Positions 26,620-38,050 of a DNA stretch of 64,000 nucleotides are shown piece after piece. Positions within the stretch are counted from its first letter, which is position 1; every line of letters begins with the position of its first letter. A program made the translations under genes and the position numbers. This stretch comes from Chiloscyllium plagiosum (taxonomy: Eukaryota): NCBI RefSeq assembly GCF_004010195.1, contig NC_057720.1:30255579-30319578 (forward strand). The letters run 5' to 3'. The notes beneath the pieces were generated by a model, which saw nothing but the letters and a program-made list of their open reading frames with translations, ran no database searches and had not been told where the DNA came from.

Positions 26620-27357
26620 AGATATCATGACACCAGTGTATGTGTACCGAGTGAGATTCAACCAGCAGCAAGCAGCTGATTGGTTTGTGGAAATGTGGCC
26701 AGTCATGGATACCAAAGGTCGTCACCCTGACGCCAACTCTATGATTAACTGTTGGGTAGCTAAACAGCTTGTGGGTATGAATGCTTCAAGCGGAAGCCTT
26801 GGAACATTGCAAGGGGTGATGGTATCTCTTACCCCTATAAAATTCCTAGGCTAAAGAAAACGAGGTGTTTTTGTTTACCAATTGCTATAATTGGTAAAAG
26901 ACTTCTTCATTTGTGAACTAGTTGACCCTGTACTCCCATGAAGAAATGAAAGAACATGGAGGAGATGATCAGAAAAACAAAGAACTTAAACAAACAATCA
27001 AATCCGGATGTCTGGTGCTAATGAAGTGTTTCGCTCCACCGATAGTTATTTTCCTCTCCAACCATAACACTATTTTTTGGCTGTTTCTGTCTATGTGTAT
27101 GTGTTGAGCTTTACAAGGGGGTTGGAGCTTTAATTGATAGAGTTATGTGTCGATAGTTCATTGTTGTTTATCTGTGGTTAGAATCTATTTGTTTGCACTC
27201 AATAGCTCTTGTAAACACAGAAACCTGGTCCACGTTAATCTGAGTTAACAAAAAGATAAATTGGAGATGTTGTGTAATGTGATAACATTTTAACTTCTGT
27301 GATGACTCAGGGAATAGTGAGGCTTGATTTCCAACACACTACTCAGTGAGGCATAAC
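26620..27357 (+). mobile_element. Possible solo LTR
   Basis: Non-coding block of ~740 bp starting TATCATGACACC (possibly a decayed TGT) and ending ...GGCATAACA. No clear TSD. Confidence 0.35.
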
Positions 27358-27931
27358 AGAACAAGGAGACTCAGGACAGTCTCAGTTCATCTTGTGACCT
27401 ACGTTCACATCCTTTGGAAAGTGTTTGCTTCTAAGTTATCCTCAGATCTATTTCACCACAAAGATTGTAAATTGCCAGTGTATTCAGACAGCTCCAGAAT
27501 GCAGGGACAAAGCCACTAGTGTGCATACATTTACTAAAGGTGGGAAATAATTTTGACATGGCTGTTGCTTATTCATTGAAAATGTCTAGTGTGAAGCTGT
27601 CATGAATATAACATTATTAAAATATCAGCCCACATCACATGAATATTTGACTAAAAGTCCTAGGTTTGCTCAAATCATTGGAGAGGTTATTTTTAGAACA
27701 CCCACAACAAACACAGAGAATGCTAGAAAACCCAGTTCAGTGTCACACTGGACTGGAGACATTAGCTCGGTTTCTCTCTCCACAAATATTGCCATACCTG
27801 CCGTGTTTTTCCAGCATTCTCTGTGTGTGTTTCAGATATCCAGCATTCACAAAATTTTGGCTTTGTCCTACCTAAAAACAGACATTAATATTAAGTGCCT
27901 AAACTGAAAGATGTCTTTATTTGATATTTAC

Positions 27932-28170
27932 CGGGTGTCTTCATGAAACGCTGAGATAAAATCCATTTGTTCATATTCAGGATACAGAAACAGCACAGGC
28001 CAATTTAAGGTGCCATTTTCATCCAAGTGCACGACAATGCCATTCTCGGAGTTTATGCCATCAAACAGTGTTCTTAATATCCTGCTGTCTTCCTTATTAT
28101 CATCATCATCATCACTATCAGAGTTTTGACTGGACAACTCCGGAGGCTGAAATACCTTGATCTTCCTCTC
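27932..28170 (-). CDS. TTC4: TTC4 exon 7 (239 nt)
   Basis: ERKIKVFQPPELSSQNSDSDDDDDNK...LDENGTLNWPVLFLYPEYEQMDFISAFHEDT; the WPVLFLYPEY motif is typical of the TTC4/Cns1 wheel domain. Confidence 0.94.
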
Positions 28171-28754
28171 CTGCAACAGAGAACAATAAAACCTAAAGCA
28201 AAATTCAGAAATAGTGAAATATATCCTTACATCTAGCAACAATGCTGAGTCAATCCCTTTTCCTCAAAGATATTCATCTATCCTTTGGGACAGGAAGCTA
28301 TGTGATAATTGGGGACAGGCCTGTTGGTAGTGCAGAATATATGTTTTTAAAGTAGAGGTTGTGACATATGATTCTAAAATCATTCCATCACTTCCACCTC
28401 CTTACTGTAAATTAGTTGCCACATACAAGTGCTGATCTTAAATATCAGGTATCATTTTAAAAACATATCCTTCTCCAAAGCAGTATTGTCAAATATACAT
28501 TTTCCGTACATACTCATGAAAAAGTCAAATCTTTTAAACCCAATTTTAGGCCAAAGATTGAGAGATTGACTTTTCCTAAGTAATAATTTTAAGAGATAGA
28601 TGTGTATGCTTGATTAGGTCCCAAACAAAAACCATTATAATGGAACAAAGTAAAAACTTACAACATGAAGGAATTCACATTTAGTCTCAAGCATTATTTA
28701 TTTTGTAACATTATAAATTATATACATTTCCTCCAAAACAATACAAATGTATAG

Positions 28755-29206
28755 TTCCTATGAAACCATTTGTAAGCCGAATTGGCGAAAGCGAAGAAGC
28801 AATTACCATTAATTTATGTTGGAAAAATTTTTGAGCGTTCCCAAACCCAAAACATAACCTACCAAATCATACCAAATAACACATTAAACCTAAACTAACA
28901 CTAACATATAGTAATGGCCTTCGGAGGTTGGGGTGGCGGGAGGTACAAGATAGCTTAGGACACATTTTGCTAACGGATGCACAAAATACATTGAGATAAA
29001 CCACAGATGCTCGCAGACACAGTTCAAAGCTATGGTGGCTTGATGGTGAGATGCTGAGTGTAGTTCCCAGGGAAGGTACTTGTTGGCGCCACCCTTGCTG
29101 CGTGCGCTTTTTTGTAAAAGCGAAAATCCTCTTTCATTTAGTGAAAACAGGTACTAAAGTAGGTCTTTCATAAAAGTGAATTGGTTCAAAAAGTAGGGGA
29201 TACCTG
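28755..29206. mobile_element. Tc1/mariner-Tigger type DNA transposon fragment
   Basis: Ends ...GGGGATACCTG followed by TA, the reverse complement of a CAGGTATCCCC terminal repeat, with repeated TAAAAGYGAA subterminal motifs. The other TIR is not seen. Confidence 0.65.
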
Positions 29207-30273
29207 TACCATAAAGAATTAACTACAACATTGTAGTTCTTCAATGTCTCTCTGATTAGCAGCTAAATCACTGAATACTTTATCCAAATATCATTTTGGT
29301 ATAACATAACATAGATCTTCCTCATCTTTATTTTCCTTATCATTGGTAGTACCAGGAGGTTCAACACCAAAATTCCACAAGTAGGATCCTAAATATTGTT
29401 GAATGTATTCGATATTGCACATTTTAGAAAATTTTTTTGACATCGCTAGGATCAAGCTCATACCTTGTGCCTAAAACCCATTGGCACAATGTTGCTAGTC
29501 AAGGTGTCTGCAATTTTCCACCCCCAATTCCCACTTCCTTCAAACACTATCCTTGAGAGGGTTCTTTATGCAGATATCCAAGGGTTGAATCATTTGTATG
29601 ATCACCAGGAAAAGCAGTCAAATAACCAGCCTTTCCCATGAAGTGGATATAATGCCTCTTTGAAGTTTCTCTTTACGGAGAGTTCTGTGCTCCACTATTA
29701 CCATTGGCTTTAATCATGTGCCATCTGCCATACGTAACCACTCTGGACTGTATGTAAACCCACCAGCTTTACAAAGACAGCACTTTCTACAATCTTGGTA
29801 TCAGTCTTGTTTGCTAGCAAGTCGAAGTTCATTTGTTTCATTCATATTTCTAATGTAGATCGTTCAACACATATTCATCAACTGATGTCAGCTGACAATT
29901 GATGATTTTATTGTGTATAGGTGGCAGATGCTGTTCTGACAAAGTACCAAATCATACCTTTTCACAAAGCTCAGGCATGACATAGCATTGACCTTCAATT
30001 CTGAAATGCCATCTTTCTTCATTTCTGAGGGTGTAAAGCTGAAGTAAAATCTAAAAATTGTGTCTAACCTCAAATTAATGAGGTCAGTAATTAACAATAA
30101 ATGCTCAACAATTAGAACACTATTTAACATCTTAAAAGCGAGGATTAAAAGTTTGAAAAGTTCAGCTTTTTAGAGTATAAGGTCATGTGGTCATCTTCTG
30201 TAGGAGATCAATTTTAACTTGATAGCAATGTGGAAGACAGGTTCACTTTTCCTAAAGTTTCATATTCCCTTAC

Positions 30274-30360
30274 CCTGATAGCCTTCAGTAAGGCCTCTGC
30301 TTGCACCCAGTCCTTCTTCTCCTTCAGTTTTGATTTCCTTAGATTACGCTCTTCAATGCG
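30274..30360 (-). CDS. TTC4: TTC4 exon 6 (87 nt)
   Basis: RIEERNLRKSKLKEKKDWVQAEALLKAIR; canonical AG/GT. Confidence 0.92.
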
Positions 30361-30788
30361 CTTTAAAAAATAAATTAATAATTAAGAAGGAGATGACGTG
30401 GCAAGAATCAGTCAGAACAAAGATCTTTCACTTGTGATCTGAATTCCACGCATATTCAAATGATGCCTTTGAAGCCATCATTCTCTGCTCGCTGTGAGGG
30501 CTTTGAGCATAACAAGTTCAACATGAACCTGTCACCAGAACACACATTGTCAGCACAAAATAATCTCTGAGATTACAATGCAATTTTAAACAGTTAATTC
30601 ATCAGCTCCCACTCTGCTTATTAACAAATCTCTTCCCTGCCTCGAGGAACGACGTTGACAGTTTCTGCTCTGTCTACATATTTTAAACTTAATTGACTAA
30701 ATCCCCTGTATCCAGCACACATGCAATGCAGTCATCACAGACTTCATCTCTCACAGTCAAGTACTTAACCAGCACTCACTAAACATAC

Positions 30789-30913
30789 CTTCTGTTTATC
30801 AGCTTTGGCTCTCAATTCAATGAGTTGCTTTTCTTTGGGTTCAAACTGGAGGCCCTCGTCACACCATGCTATTGCCTGGCTGTAATTTTTCAGTTCAATG
30901 TGACAAAGAACAC
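30789..30913 (-). CDS. TTC4: TTC4 exon 5 (125 nt)
   Basis: GVLCHIELKNYSQAIAWCDEGLQFEPKEKQLIELRAKADKQK; canonical AG/GT. Confidence 0.93.
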
Positions 30914-31684
30914 CTGTCAATATAAAACTTCAGTCATTTAATGTCATTAGAAAATCCATTTCCCAAACATTTATTTACTAATCAAGCAATCATAGTGAGA
31001 TGCCAGTTTAACAAAATCTACCTCCATTTCATAATATAATATTAATGTTTATGATTAAATATGGAGTCTGTTAGATGATCACCAGAACAAGACTCTGGAG
31101 ATTGTCAATTTTTTTTTTTAAAATGATCTTTCTTTTCTCAATAAAAAGCAGCAAAAATGGGTGAGAGATAGGAAGGGGAGGTTCATCATTATCTAACTCA
31201 CCTATGGTTAGTAACAAACATTGGTCCCATATGGCATTGTTCTGTCTCAGCATCCCATTTTGCTACTGCCTTTGGATTAAGACTAAAAGAAAGTCAATTA
31301 GTGGAGCACCACCCTGTTAAATTCATAATTGCCTGTGCGTGTAGCACAAATGTTTGAAGTCCAGTATAGCATCATAGATTCTGAGTCCACTGCTATGGTT
31401 TCCCGCTGTCAGAGTTCCTCATGGATCTCCCAATAGGAATCATAAACTAGAGTTGTATGGTGGGACTGTTTGAAGTCTTGATGCAGTTTACTCTGTGAGA
31501 GTTGCCTGTGAAGCTGAAATGTCAGATGGACAATAACCCAGCTTCCGGAACCCTTCAGAATATTCCCTAAATCTGAGTTAGAGATCTTGGAGGCTACTGC
31601 TTTACTTTCCTTAACCTGGAAAGATTAGAGAGGTTCAGATTTACTCCAACTGTTGGCTAACTATTAATCTAACCCTAAGTATGA

Positions 31685-32560
31685 ACAAAATACTGCAGAT
31701 GCTGCAATCTGTACTGAAAACAAAAAATGTTGGAAATCACAGCAGGTCAGACAGCAACCATGGAGAGAGTGCATGCTAATGTTTCGTGTCCAGCTGACTC
31801 TTCATCAGAGCTGATGTGAAGTGTGGAAGTGGCAGCATTTATGCAATAGTGGAGATAGAGTGCGAATGCTGGGGGGAAGAAATGGTGTTCATAGAGCAGG
31901 TTATGTAATCGGAACGTGAGAATGACAGAACAGTGGGTTCAACCCACTTCCATTCCTTCCCTTCCTTATAGCTTTATTTGTTACATTCTCTGTCACCATG
32001 CCCTCTCTTCCCTTCCCCGCACCCCAGTGGGACTGTCTGTTCTTTCCAGTCTGGCAGTTAGACTCAGCATTGTTCTGCCATTCTCACATTCTGCTCATTT
32101 CGGCAGCCTTTCAGATCTGCACTATCGGCACTCTTTCTCTCCTCCACCTCCATTGCATAAACGCTGACTCCTCCACACTTCACATCAGCTCTGATGAAGA
32201 GTCATCTGTACGTGAATTAGATTAGATTTTTTTTTTAGATTAGATTAGATTACAGTGTGGAAACAGGCCCTTCGGCCCAACAAGTCCACACCGACCCGCC
32301 GAAGCGAAACCCACCCATACCCCTACATTTACCCCTTACCTAACACTACGGGCAATTTAGTATGGCCAATTCACCTGACCCTGCACATCTTTGGACTGTG
32401 GGAGGAAACCGGAGCACCCGGAGGAAACCCACGCAGACACGGGGAGAACGTGCAAACTCCACACAGTCAGTCGCCTGAGGCGGGAATTGAACCCGGGTCT
32501 CTGGCGCTGTGAGGCAGCAGTGCTAACCACTGTGCCACCGTGCGTGAACATTAGTGATCT
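31685..32560. mobile_element. Older fold-back PLE relic with hammerhead-like motifs in both arms
   Basis: ~31790-31870 is inverted at ~32120-32210; CTGATGAAGAGTC motif on both strands; ACTGCAGATGCTG terminus. Confidence 0.7.
32217..32542 (-). mobile_element. HE1-type SINE, young copy
   Basis: tRNA-like head with boxes A and B; (TCTAA)n-type tail; CGTGAA duplicated at 32211-32216 and 32543-32548. Confidence 0.9.
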
Positions 32561-33483
32561 TACGCACTTTTGTTTTCCACACATAAAACTAACCCTCCTT
32601 GTTTGATTCATCACCACCCCCAACCCTTTATGAACATCAATGCCTCCCTCAACCCAGATAGCCACCAAACAGACAATTAACCCCTCCAGCCCTCTTGAAC
32701 TCAACAGCCCGACAGACCACAAAATACCATCCTAATGTCCTCCCACCCCTAGTCACTCTCCCTTACATTCAACACAGAAACCAACTCACCCTAGCAACCT
32801 TGGACCTGACAGCAACCCCAGACAACGAATTCCCCCCCCCGCTACCCGACCCCTAAAATCAATCTGCATTAATCCCCTCCCCTCACTGACTGGGCACAAT
32901 CAGACAGCCCTGAACTCCCTCCACTCAGGCAGATACCCAACCCAACCTATCCTCAGCACATTCACTTATTTAGAACTCCACACCACTCACCCACATCACT
33001 GTCCTAGCCCCTACCTGTACACGCCACCCTTCCAACCCTGTTACCCCACCCTGCACCTGTGCAGCCCACACACTTTTACCAACCTTCTTGCAGTAGCTGT
33101 CAGTGATTTTAGGATTTTTAAACCTTGAAATACAGCAGGTACTGCTGCAAATGAAACATGTGGTTTGAGCACTAATCCACGCTGGCGTTGGCTGCAGGAC
33201 CTGCTGCTTTGGGCTGGATCGCTTCAGCTAGGAAATCCCCTCAAAGCTAGGTGGGGACTTTTTGTCTGATTTGGGTTGGAAATAGGAATTCTGATCCAGA
33301 TCTGAAGATTTGGGCTCATACTACCTGTGCTATTGCTAGAATAAAATACACTTTCAAAACTCAATTACAGATTTCCTAAAAGCTGGGGGGGGTGGCCGGG
33401 AGAAGAGAGAAGTACCTAGCTGTTTCATACATCAACACACACAGATTTAGCAGGGAATAGATCAAATATTTCTGCTATCTTAC

Positions 33484-33561
33484 CTCTAATGATCGCTTTC
33501 AAATGGTTTGGTTTCAGTTTTCGAGCTGCAATCACATCATTTAGTGCAGATCGATTATTAC
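33484..33561 (-). CDS. TTC4: TTC4 exon 4 (78 nt)
   Basis: GNNRSALNDVIAARKLKPNHLKAIIR; canonical AG/GT, in phase. Confidence 0.93.
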
Positions 33562-33752
33562 CTTGAATAAAGCATATTAAAAGACAGAGTGTGAGAATAA
33601 ATTTACTTTTTTGAGGGGTGATAGATATATGACAGATGCCAGAGGTAGGTTCTTTACTCAGAGAGTAGTAGGGGTGTCGAACGCCCTGCCTCCAACAGTA
33701 GTAGATTCACCAACTTTAAGGGCCTTTAAATGGTCATTGTATTGATTTCACA

Positions 33753-33971
33753 GGTTGGCGCAACATAGAGGGCCGAAGGGCCTGTACTGCGCTGTAATGT
33801 TCTCTGTTTTTTGTTCACCATATTTTTGCTGTTGCATATGTTATATTGTGTGCAGTTTTGGTCGCCATACTATAGGAAGGGGTTGGCGCAACATAGAGGG
33901 CCGAAGGGCCTGTACTGCGCTGTAATGTTCTCTGTTTTTTGTTCACCATATTTTTGCTGTTGCATATGTTA
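33753..33971 (+). repeat. Exact 91-bp direct duplication (33753-33843 / 33881-33971)
   Basis: Identical copies of a CR1 3' tail plus unique flank, separated by a 37-bp CR1 internal fragment. Confidence 0.9.
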
Positions 33972-34224
33972 GTTCTATACTTAACAGCTGACATTACCTG
34001 GGTGTACTCGCATGTGGAGGAAAGTACTACTTGATTACAGATGTGCTTTTCTAGTTTAGTTTTATATTTTCCTTTAATTATATTAATTTACAGCCTATAA
34101 CTAATTGTTGAGTTGATCTAATGATACCAAATGTTCTGTTAATGTTGTGTTTCCCTTTAGAACTCATACAAATGTGCAATGTGACATTTCTATTAAACAT
34201 ACCAGCAAACCTTCCAGTCCTCAA

Positions 34225-35100
34225 GTAATGGCAAGCGGTGACCAGTGGGGTACCGCAGGGATCGGTGCTGGGACCGCAGCTTTTTACAATATATATTAAT
34301 GATATAGAAGATGGTNNNNNNNNNNNNNNNNNNNNNNNNNNNNNNNNNNNNNNNNNNNNNNNNNNNNNNNNNNNNNNNNNNNNNNNNNNNNNNNNNNNNN
34401 NNNNNNNNNNNNNNNNNNNNNNNNNNNNNNNNNNNNNNNNNNNNNNNNNNNNNNNNNNNNNNNNNNNNNNNNNNNNNNNNNNNNNNNNNNNNNNNNNNNN
34501 NNNNNNNNNNNNNNNNNNNNNNNNNNNNNNNNNNNNNNNNNNNNNNNNNNNNNNNNNNNNNNNNNNNNNNNNNNNNNNNNNNNNNNNNNNNNNNNNNNNN
34601 NNNNNNGCTTATGCCCGAAACGTCGATTCGCCTTCTCCTTTGATGCTGCCTGACCTGCTGCACTTTTCCAGCAACACATTTTTGGGCTTGTATACCCTTG
34701 AGTTTAGAAGACTGAGAGGGGATCTGATTGAAATGTATAAGATTATTAAAGGATTGGACACCTCTGGAGGCAGAAAATATGTTTCTGCTGATGGGTGAGT
34801 CCTGAAGCAGAGGACACAGCTTAAAAATAAGGAGTAGGCCATTTAGGACAGAGATGAGGAGAAACTTCTTCACCCAGAGAGTGGTGGGTGTGTGGAATGC
34901 TCTGCCCCAGAAGGCAGTGGAGGCCCAGTCTCTGGATTCGTTTAAGAAAGAGTTGGAAAGAGCTCTCAAGGATAGTGAAATCAAGGGTTATGGAGAGAAG
35001 GCAGGAACAGGATACTGGTTGAGGATGATCAGTCATGATCATAATGAATGGTGGTGCAGGCTCGAAGAGCAGAATGGCCTACTCCTGCACCTATTGTCTA
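34225..35100 (+). mobile_element. CR1 LINE fragments flanking an N gap and a PLE pseudo-LTR piece (34607-34682)
   Basis: [22 protein letters not shown]; RRLRGDLIEMYKII; FFTQRVVGVWNALP. Confidence 0.85.
34316..34606. other. Assembly gap (N run)
   Basis: 291 Ns. Confidence 0.99.
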
Positions 35101-35280
35101 TAAGATTACTCCAGATACAGACAGCATGATATTAAATTCATTTAAGATACTTACATCTAAGAGACTCATTCATATTGAGAGCTAATCTCATTGTCTGACA
35201 TTGATTCAGACAATCCTCAATACTGACTTCCTGAACAATCCATCTCCACACTGGTAGAATTATCAAGTATCAAGCCATAC

Positions 35281-35442
35281 CTAAATAAAATTGTGCTGCT
35301 GCTCTGTTCGTATGGAGTATGACTTTAAGCTCAGAGTCACTGCATTTTCTCTTCAGTCCCTCTGTATAGGAGATTATGGCTTTCTTGTAATTCTTTTCCT
35401 TAAAGTAATGATTCCCTTCATTCTTGTATGTTTTTGCAAGCT
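35281..35442 (-). CDS. TTC4: TTC4 exon 3 (162 nt, TPR1-2)
   Basis: LAKTYKNEGNHYFKEKNYKKAIISYTEGLKRKCSDSELKVILHTNRAAAQFYL, a carboxylate-clamp TPR; canonical splice sites. Confidence 0.94.
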
Positions 35443-36396
35443 CTGTAAAACATAGTTCAAAAGAAAAAGTTTAACATAACCTATGAATATTAGTTATTGT
35501 CGCCTAGCCTACATAAAAATGTGATTTATCATTTAATCTACATGGACGCTCAAGTTGTTTCAACAGACATTAACCCAGAAAGTGAAAATTGCAATATTAT
35601 TCGAGGAGAGTGCCATTAAGGTTCGCCCCAATGATTTTCCTACGAACAGCTTCAGTATCTCCAATACTGATTACATCAGTGAGCAAACATTTATTCAGTA
35701 GATTATTTAGAAATCATTTCACTGAAGTACTATTTTCCTTGTATTCTTCTGAAAATAAAAATAGGATCAGGCTAAAAGACTGCACTGTAGAGTACTCACT
35801 GTAGTATCATCTATCACTTCTATATATGTTAACATGTAGATGGGGATGACAGCAACATAATAGTTATGTGACCAGACCAATAATCAAGATGCCCAGACTA
35901 ATGTTCTGGGACAAGAGTTCAAATCCTCCTGCAGCAACTGACATGACAACATGTCATGACCATCAATTATTGCAAAAAACCATTTGAATTACCAATTTTA
36001 GGAAAGGAAAGCCAAACAAAGCCAAAACACTGACATAAGGAACTAGGAAAACTCAGGCAGCATTAACAGTTTCTGGTTCAGGTCAATGACTTTACAACAG
36101 AATACAATTACTCTTAATCTGCCATCCTTACTTGGTCAAACCAATGTGATTCCATATCCACTATTAGGTGATTGACTCTTAACTTCCCACCAAAACACCC
36201 TAGCAAGCCATTCATGCAACAGATGCTGGCCTTGCTGGTAACACACATATTCCATGAAAAGAATAAATAAAACCTGGCCAATGCCAGTAAATTTCATTCC
36301 ATTGACTTCTCAGAAGAAGAAATCTGCAGGAAGCCAGTTAATGTTTACAAAATGAAAATTTGCAAATTGCAATGGGTTTTGTTTGAATTTCTGTAC

Positions 36397-36514
36397 CTTC
36401 TGGAGATTGATCCTCATCATACAACATTGACTGGATGCAGGCAAGTTCTGGATGTTTCAAAGGATCAAGTTCTTCAGGAGCCTTTTTCATAAACATTGGA
36501 ATCTTTTCGAATTC
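36397..36514 (-). CDS. TTC4: TTC4 exon 2 (118 nt)
   Basis: EFEKIPMFMKKAPEELDPLKHPELACIQSMLYDEDQSPE; canonical AG/GT. Confidence 0.93.
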
Positions 36515-36662
36515 CTTGGCAAGAATAAAAAACATAACAATATAGTCAGCATTGTACAGTAAATGAAATTATGCCTTTACTTAGTTACTGAGCATGTGTC
36601 TACAGGGCTCGAAATAAGATGGTACCTCTCAGCATCTTCTGTACATAGTCATGTTCATTAAA

Positions 36663-36864
36663 CGGAGATACCGGTGTTGGACTGGGGTTTACAAAGTTAA
36701 AAATCACACAACACCAGGTTATAGTCCAACAGGTTTAATTGGAAGCACACTAGCTTTCGGAGCGACGCTCCTTCATCACCTGATGAAGGAGCGTCGCTCC
36801 GAAAGCTAGTGTGCTTCCAATTAAACCTGTTGGACTATAACCTGGTGTTGTGTGATTTTTAACT
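36663..36864. mobile_element. 202-bp fold-back PLE-derived element (family B) with perfect 84-bp arms; 12-bp TSD ATGTTCATTAAA
   Basis: 36695-36778 is the exact reverse complement of 36781-36864; TSD at 36651-36662 and 36865-36876. Confidence 0.9.
36777..36811 (+). ncRNA. Minimal type I hammerhead ribozyme motif
   Basis: CAC-CUGAUGA-A-GGAGC(GUC)GCUCC-GAAA-GC-UA^-GUG: intact core, stem I CAC/GUG, 5-bp stem II, palindromic AGCU stem III. Activity is not shown. Confidence 0.75.
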
Positions 36865-37663
36865 ATGTTCATTAAAGACTTGCTGTTTCATCAAGAAGGT
36901 GGATCTCTCAATACTACAAGCATGACGTAGTCCTTTTCTATCTCAGTTTGCTCCTATTTAACTTTTCTAGTACCTGATTGTTTCTTAACAGGCAAGGTGA
37001 GACATGAAAATGCCTTCTCGTTAATTATATAATTTGCAAGTTCTTCATAAAATTAGCATTTATTCTCAAGACAAAGGAAGATTTATTAGCCTACAGATGA
37101 CAGTTCAGAAAAAAAACGTAGAAACTGAAAGTCATAACATTTACAAATAAAACAGCTAAAACATTTCCTTTAAAAAAGTTTGAGTTATTCAGCTCAAGTA
37201 ATTCACCTTCAAACTGTGATTATTTCAGTCAGCGTACAGTCAACACACCACTATATTGGCCTTACTACCACTACACCCGGGAGAAGAAAGAATTATTTGA
37301 GATGGCAATAGTTCAGGTTTTAAAAGGGAGCCCGGGCAATTTCTCAGCACAGAGAACTGTTTAAAATGCTAGTTTGGGAACTGGGAAAGGAGATTCAATG
37401 ATCAGCAATTGGAAGTGAATTTAAAAACAGATTAAATATAACTTCAGCCTGAGCAAGCTCCGAATGTTATCACGTAACATTCACAAAATTACTTTGTTAT
37501 TCCTCACATGGCGGTATGTCCTGACAATGTATTTAACCTTGCCTATCTGTATCGCTTGCTCTTTTATTTCCACAAGTTGCGAGTCGAGTGAAGCAGCTTT
37601 CCCAAGACGTTCCGAGAAGTGCCCCTACCCCCACCGATTTCTGGGCAGCTTTTCAAATCTCAC

Positions 37664-37762
37664 CTCTTCCCAGTTATCCTCGTTGAAGCCTCCCTTGTAC
37701 TTCTTCTCCCTGAAGTGGTCGTAAAGCGCATCCATTCCATCGTCCTCCCCCGGCGATGCCAT
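37664..37762 (-). CDS. TTC4: Tetratricopeptide repeat protein 4 (Hsp70/Hsp90 co-chaperone, Cns1 family), exon 1 of 10
   Basis: ATG at 37762; MASPGEDDGMDALYDHFREKKYKGGFNEDNWEE; donor GAG|GTGAGA; CpG-enriched surroundings. Confidence 0.92.
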
Positions 37763-38050
37763 GCCGTCCACTCCCAGACAGCTCGCTCACTGCCCACAGC
37801 TGATACACTCGGAGATTTGTTACATTCAGCAACACATGTTTCCGGCTGCACCACTGCAAATCGTCCCCCAATCCCAAAAAACACTTCCGCCTTACCATTT
37901 TACTAACATTGGAGACGTAAAGCTCTTCGTCGAAGTGAAATCTGCGCGGCACTGTGTTTTGCATAATAACCATTTAAAAGAGGCGGAAGATCTGAATCGA
38001 TGCTGTGCTCGGTTTTTATGCAGTGAGCCAACGGGTAGAATGTACTGAGG
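37760..38050 (-). promoter_or_regulatory. TTC4 promoter / 5'UTR
   Basis: CpG-containing region directly upstream of the TTC4 ATG, with ETS-type motifs (CACTTCCGCC at ~37882, GGCGGAAG at ~37982, TTCCGG at ~37840). Confidence 0.55.

Noticed and set aside
32440-32542. tRNA-like sequences with boxes A and B (also ~5800, ~51940, ~55450)
   Set aside because: These are heads of HE1-type SINEs followed by SINE body and CR1-like tail, not tRNA genes.
32590-33070. C-rich, strand-skewed tract in TTC4 intron 4
   Set aside because: No periodic unit or ORF; probably the low-complexity interior of an old repeat. Nothing specific can be supported.
34193-34984. Long ORFs spanning N runs (also 39319-39800)
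   Set aside because: Artefacts of translating through assembly gaps.
36695-36864. Palindrome as a miRNA gene or classical DNA-transposon MITE
   Set aside because: It has an unpaired 32-bp tail on one side, a 12-bp TSD and PLE pseudo-LTR/hammerhead sequence, all better explained as an inverted PLE insertion.
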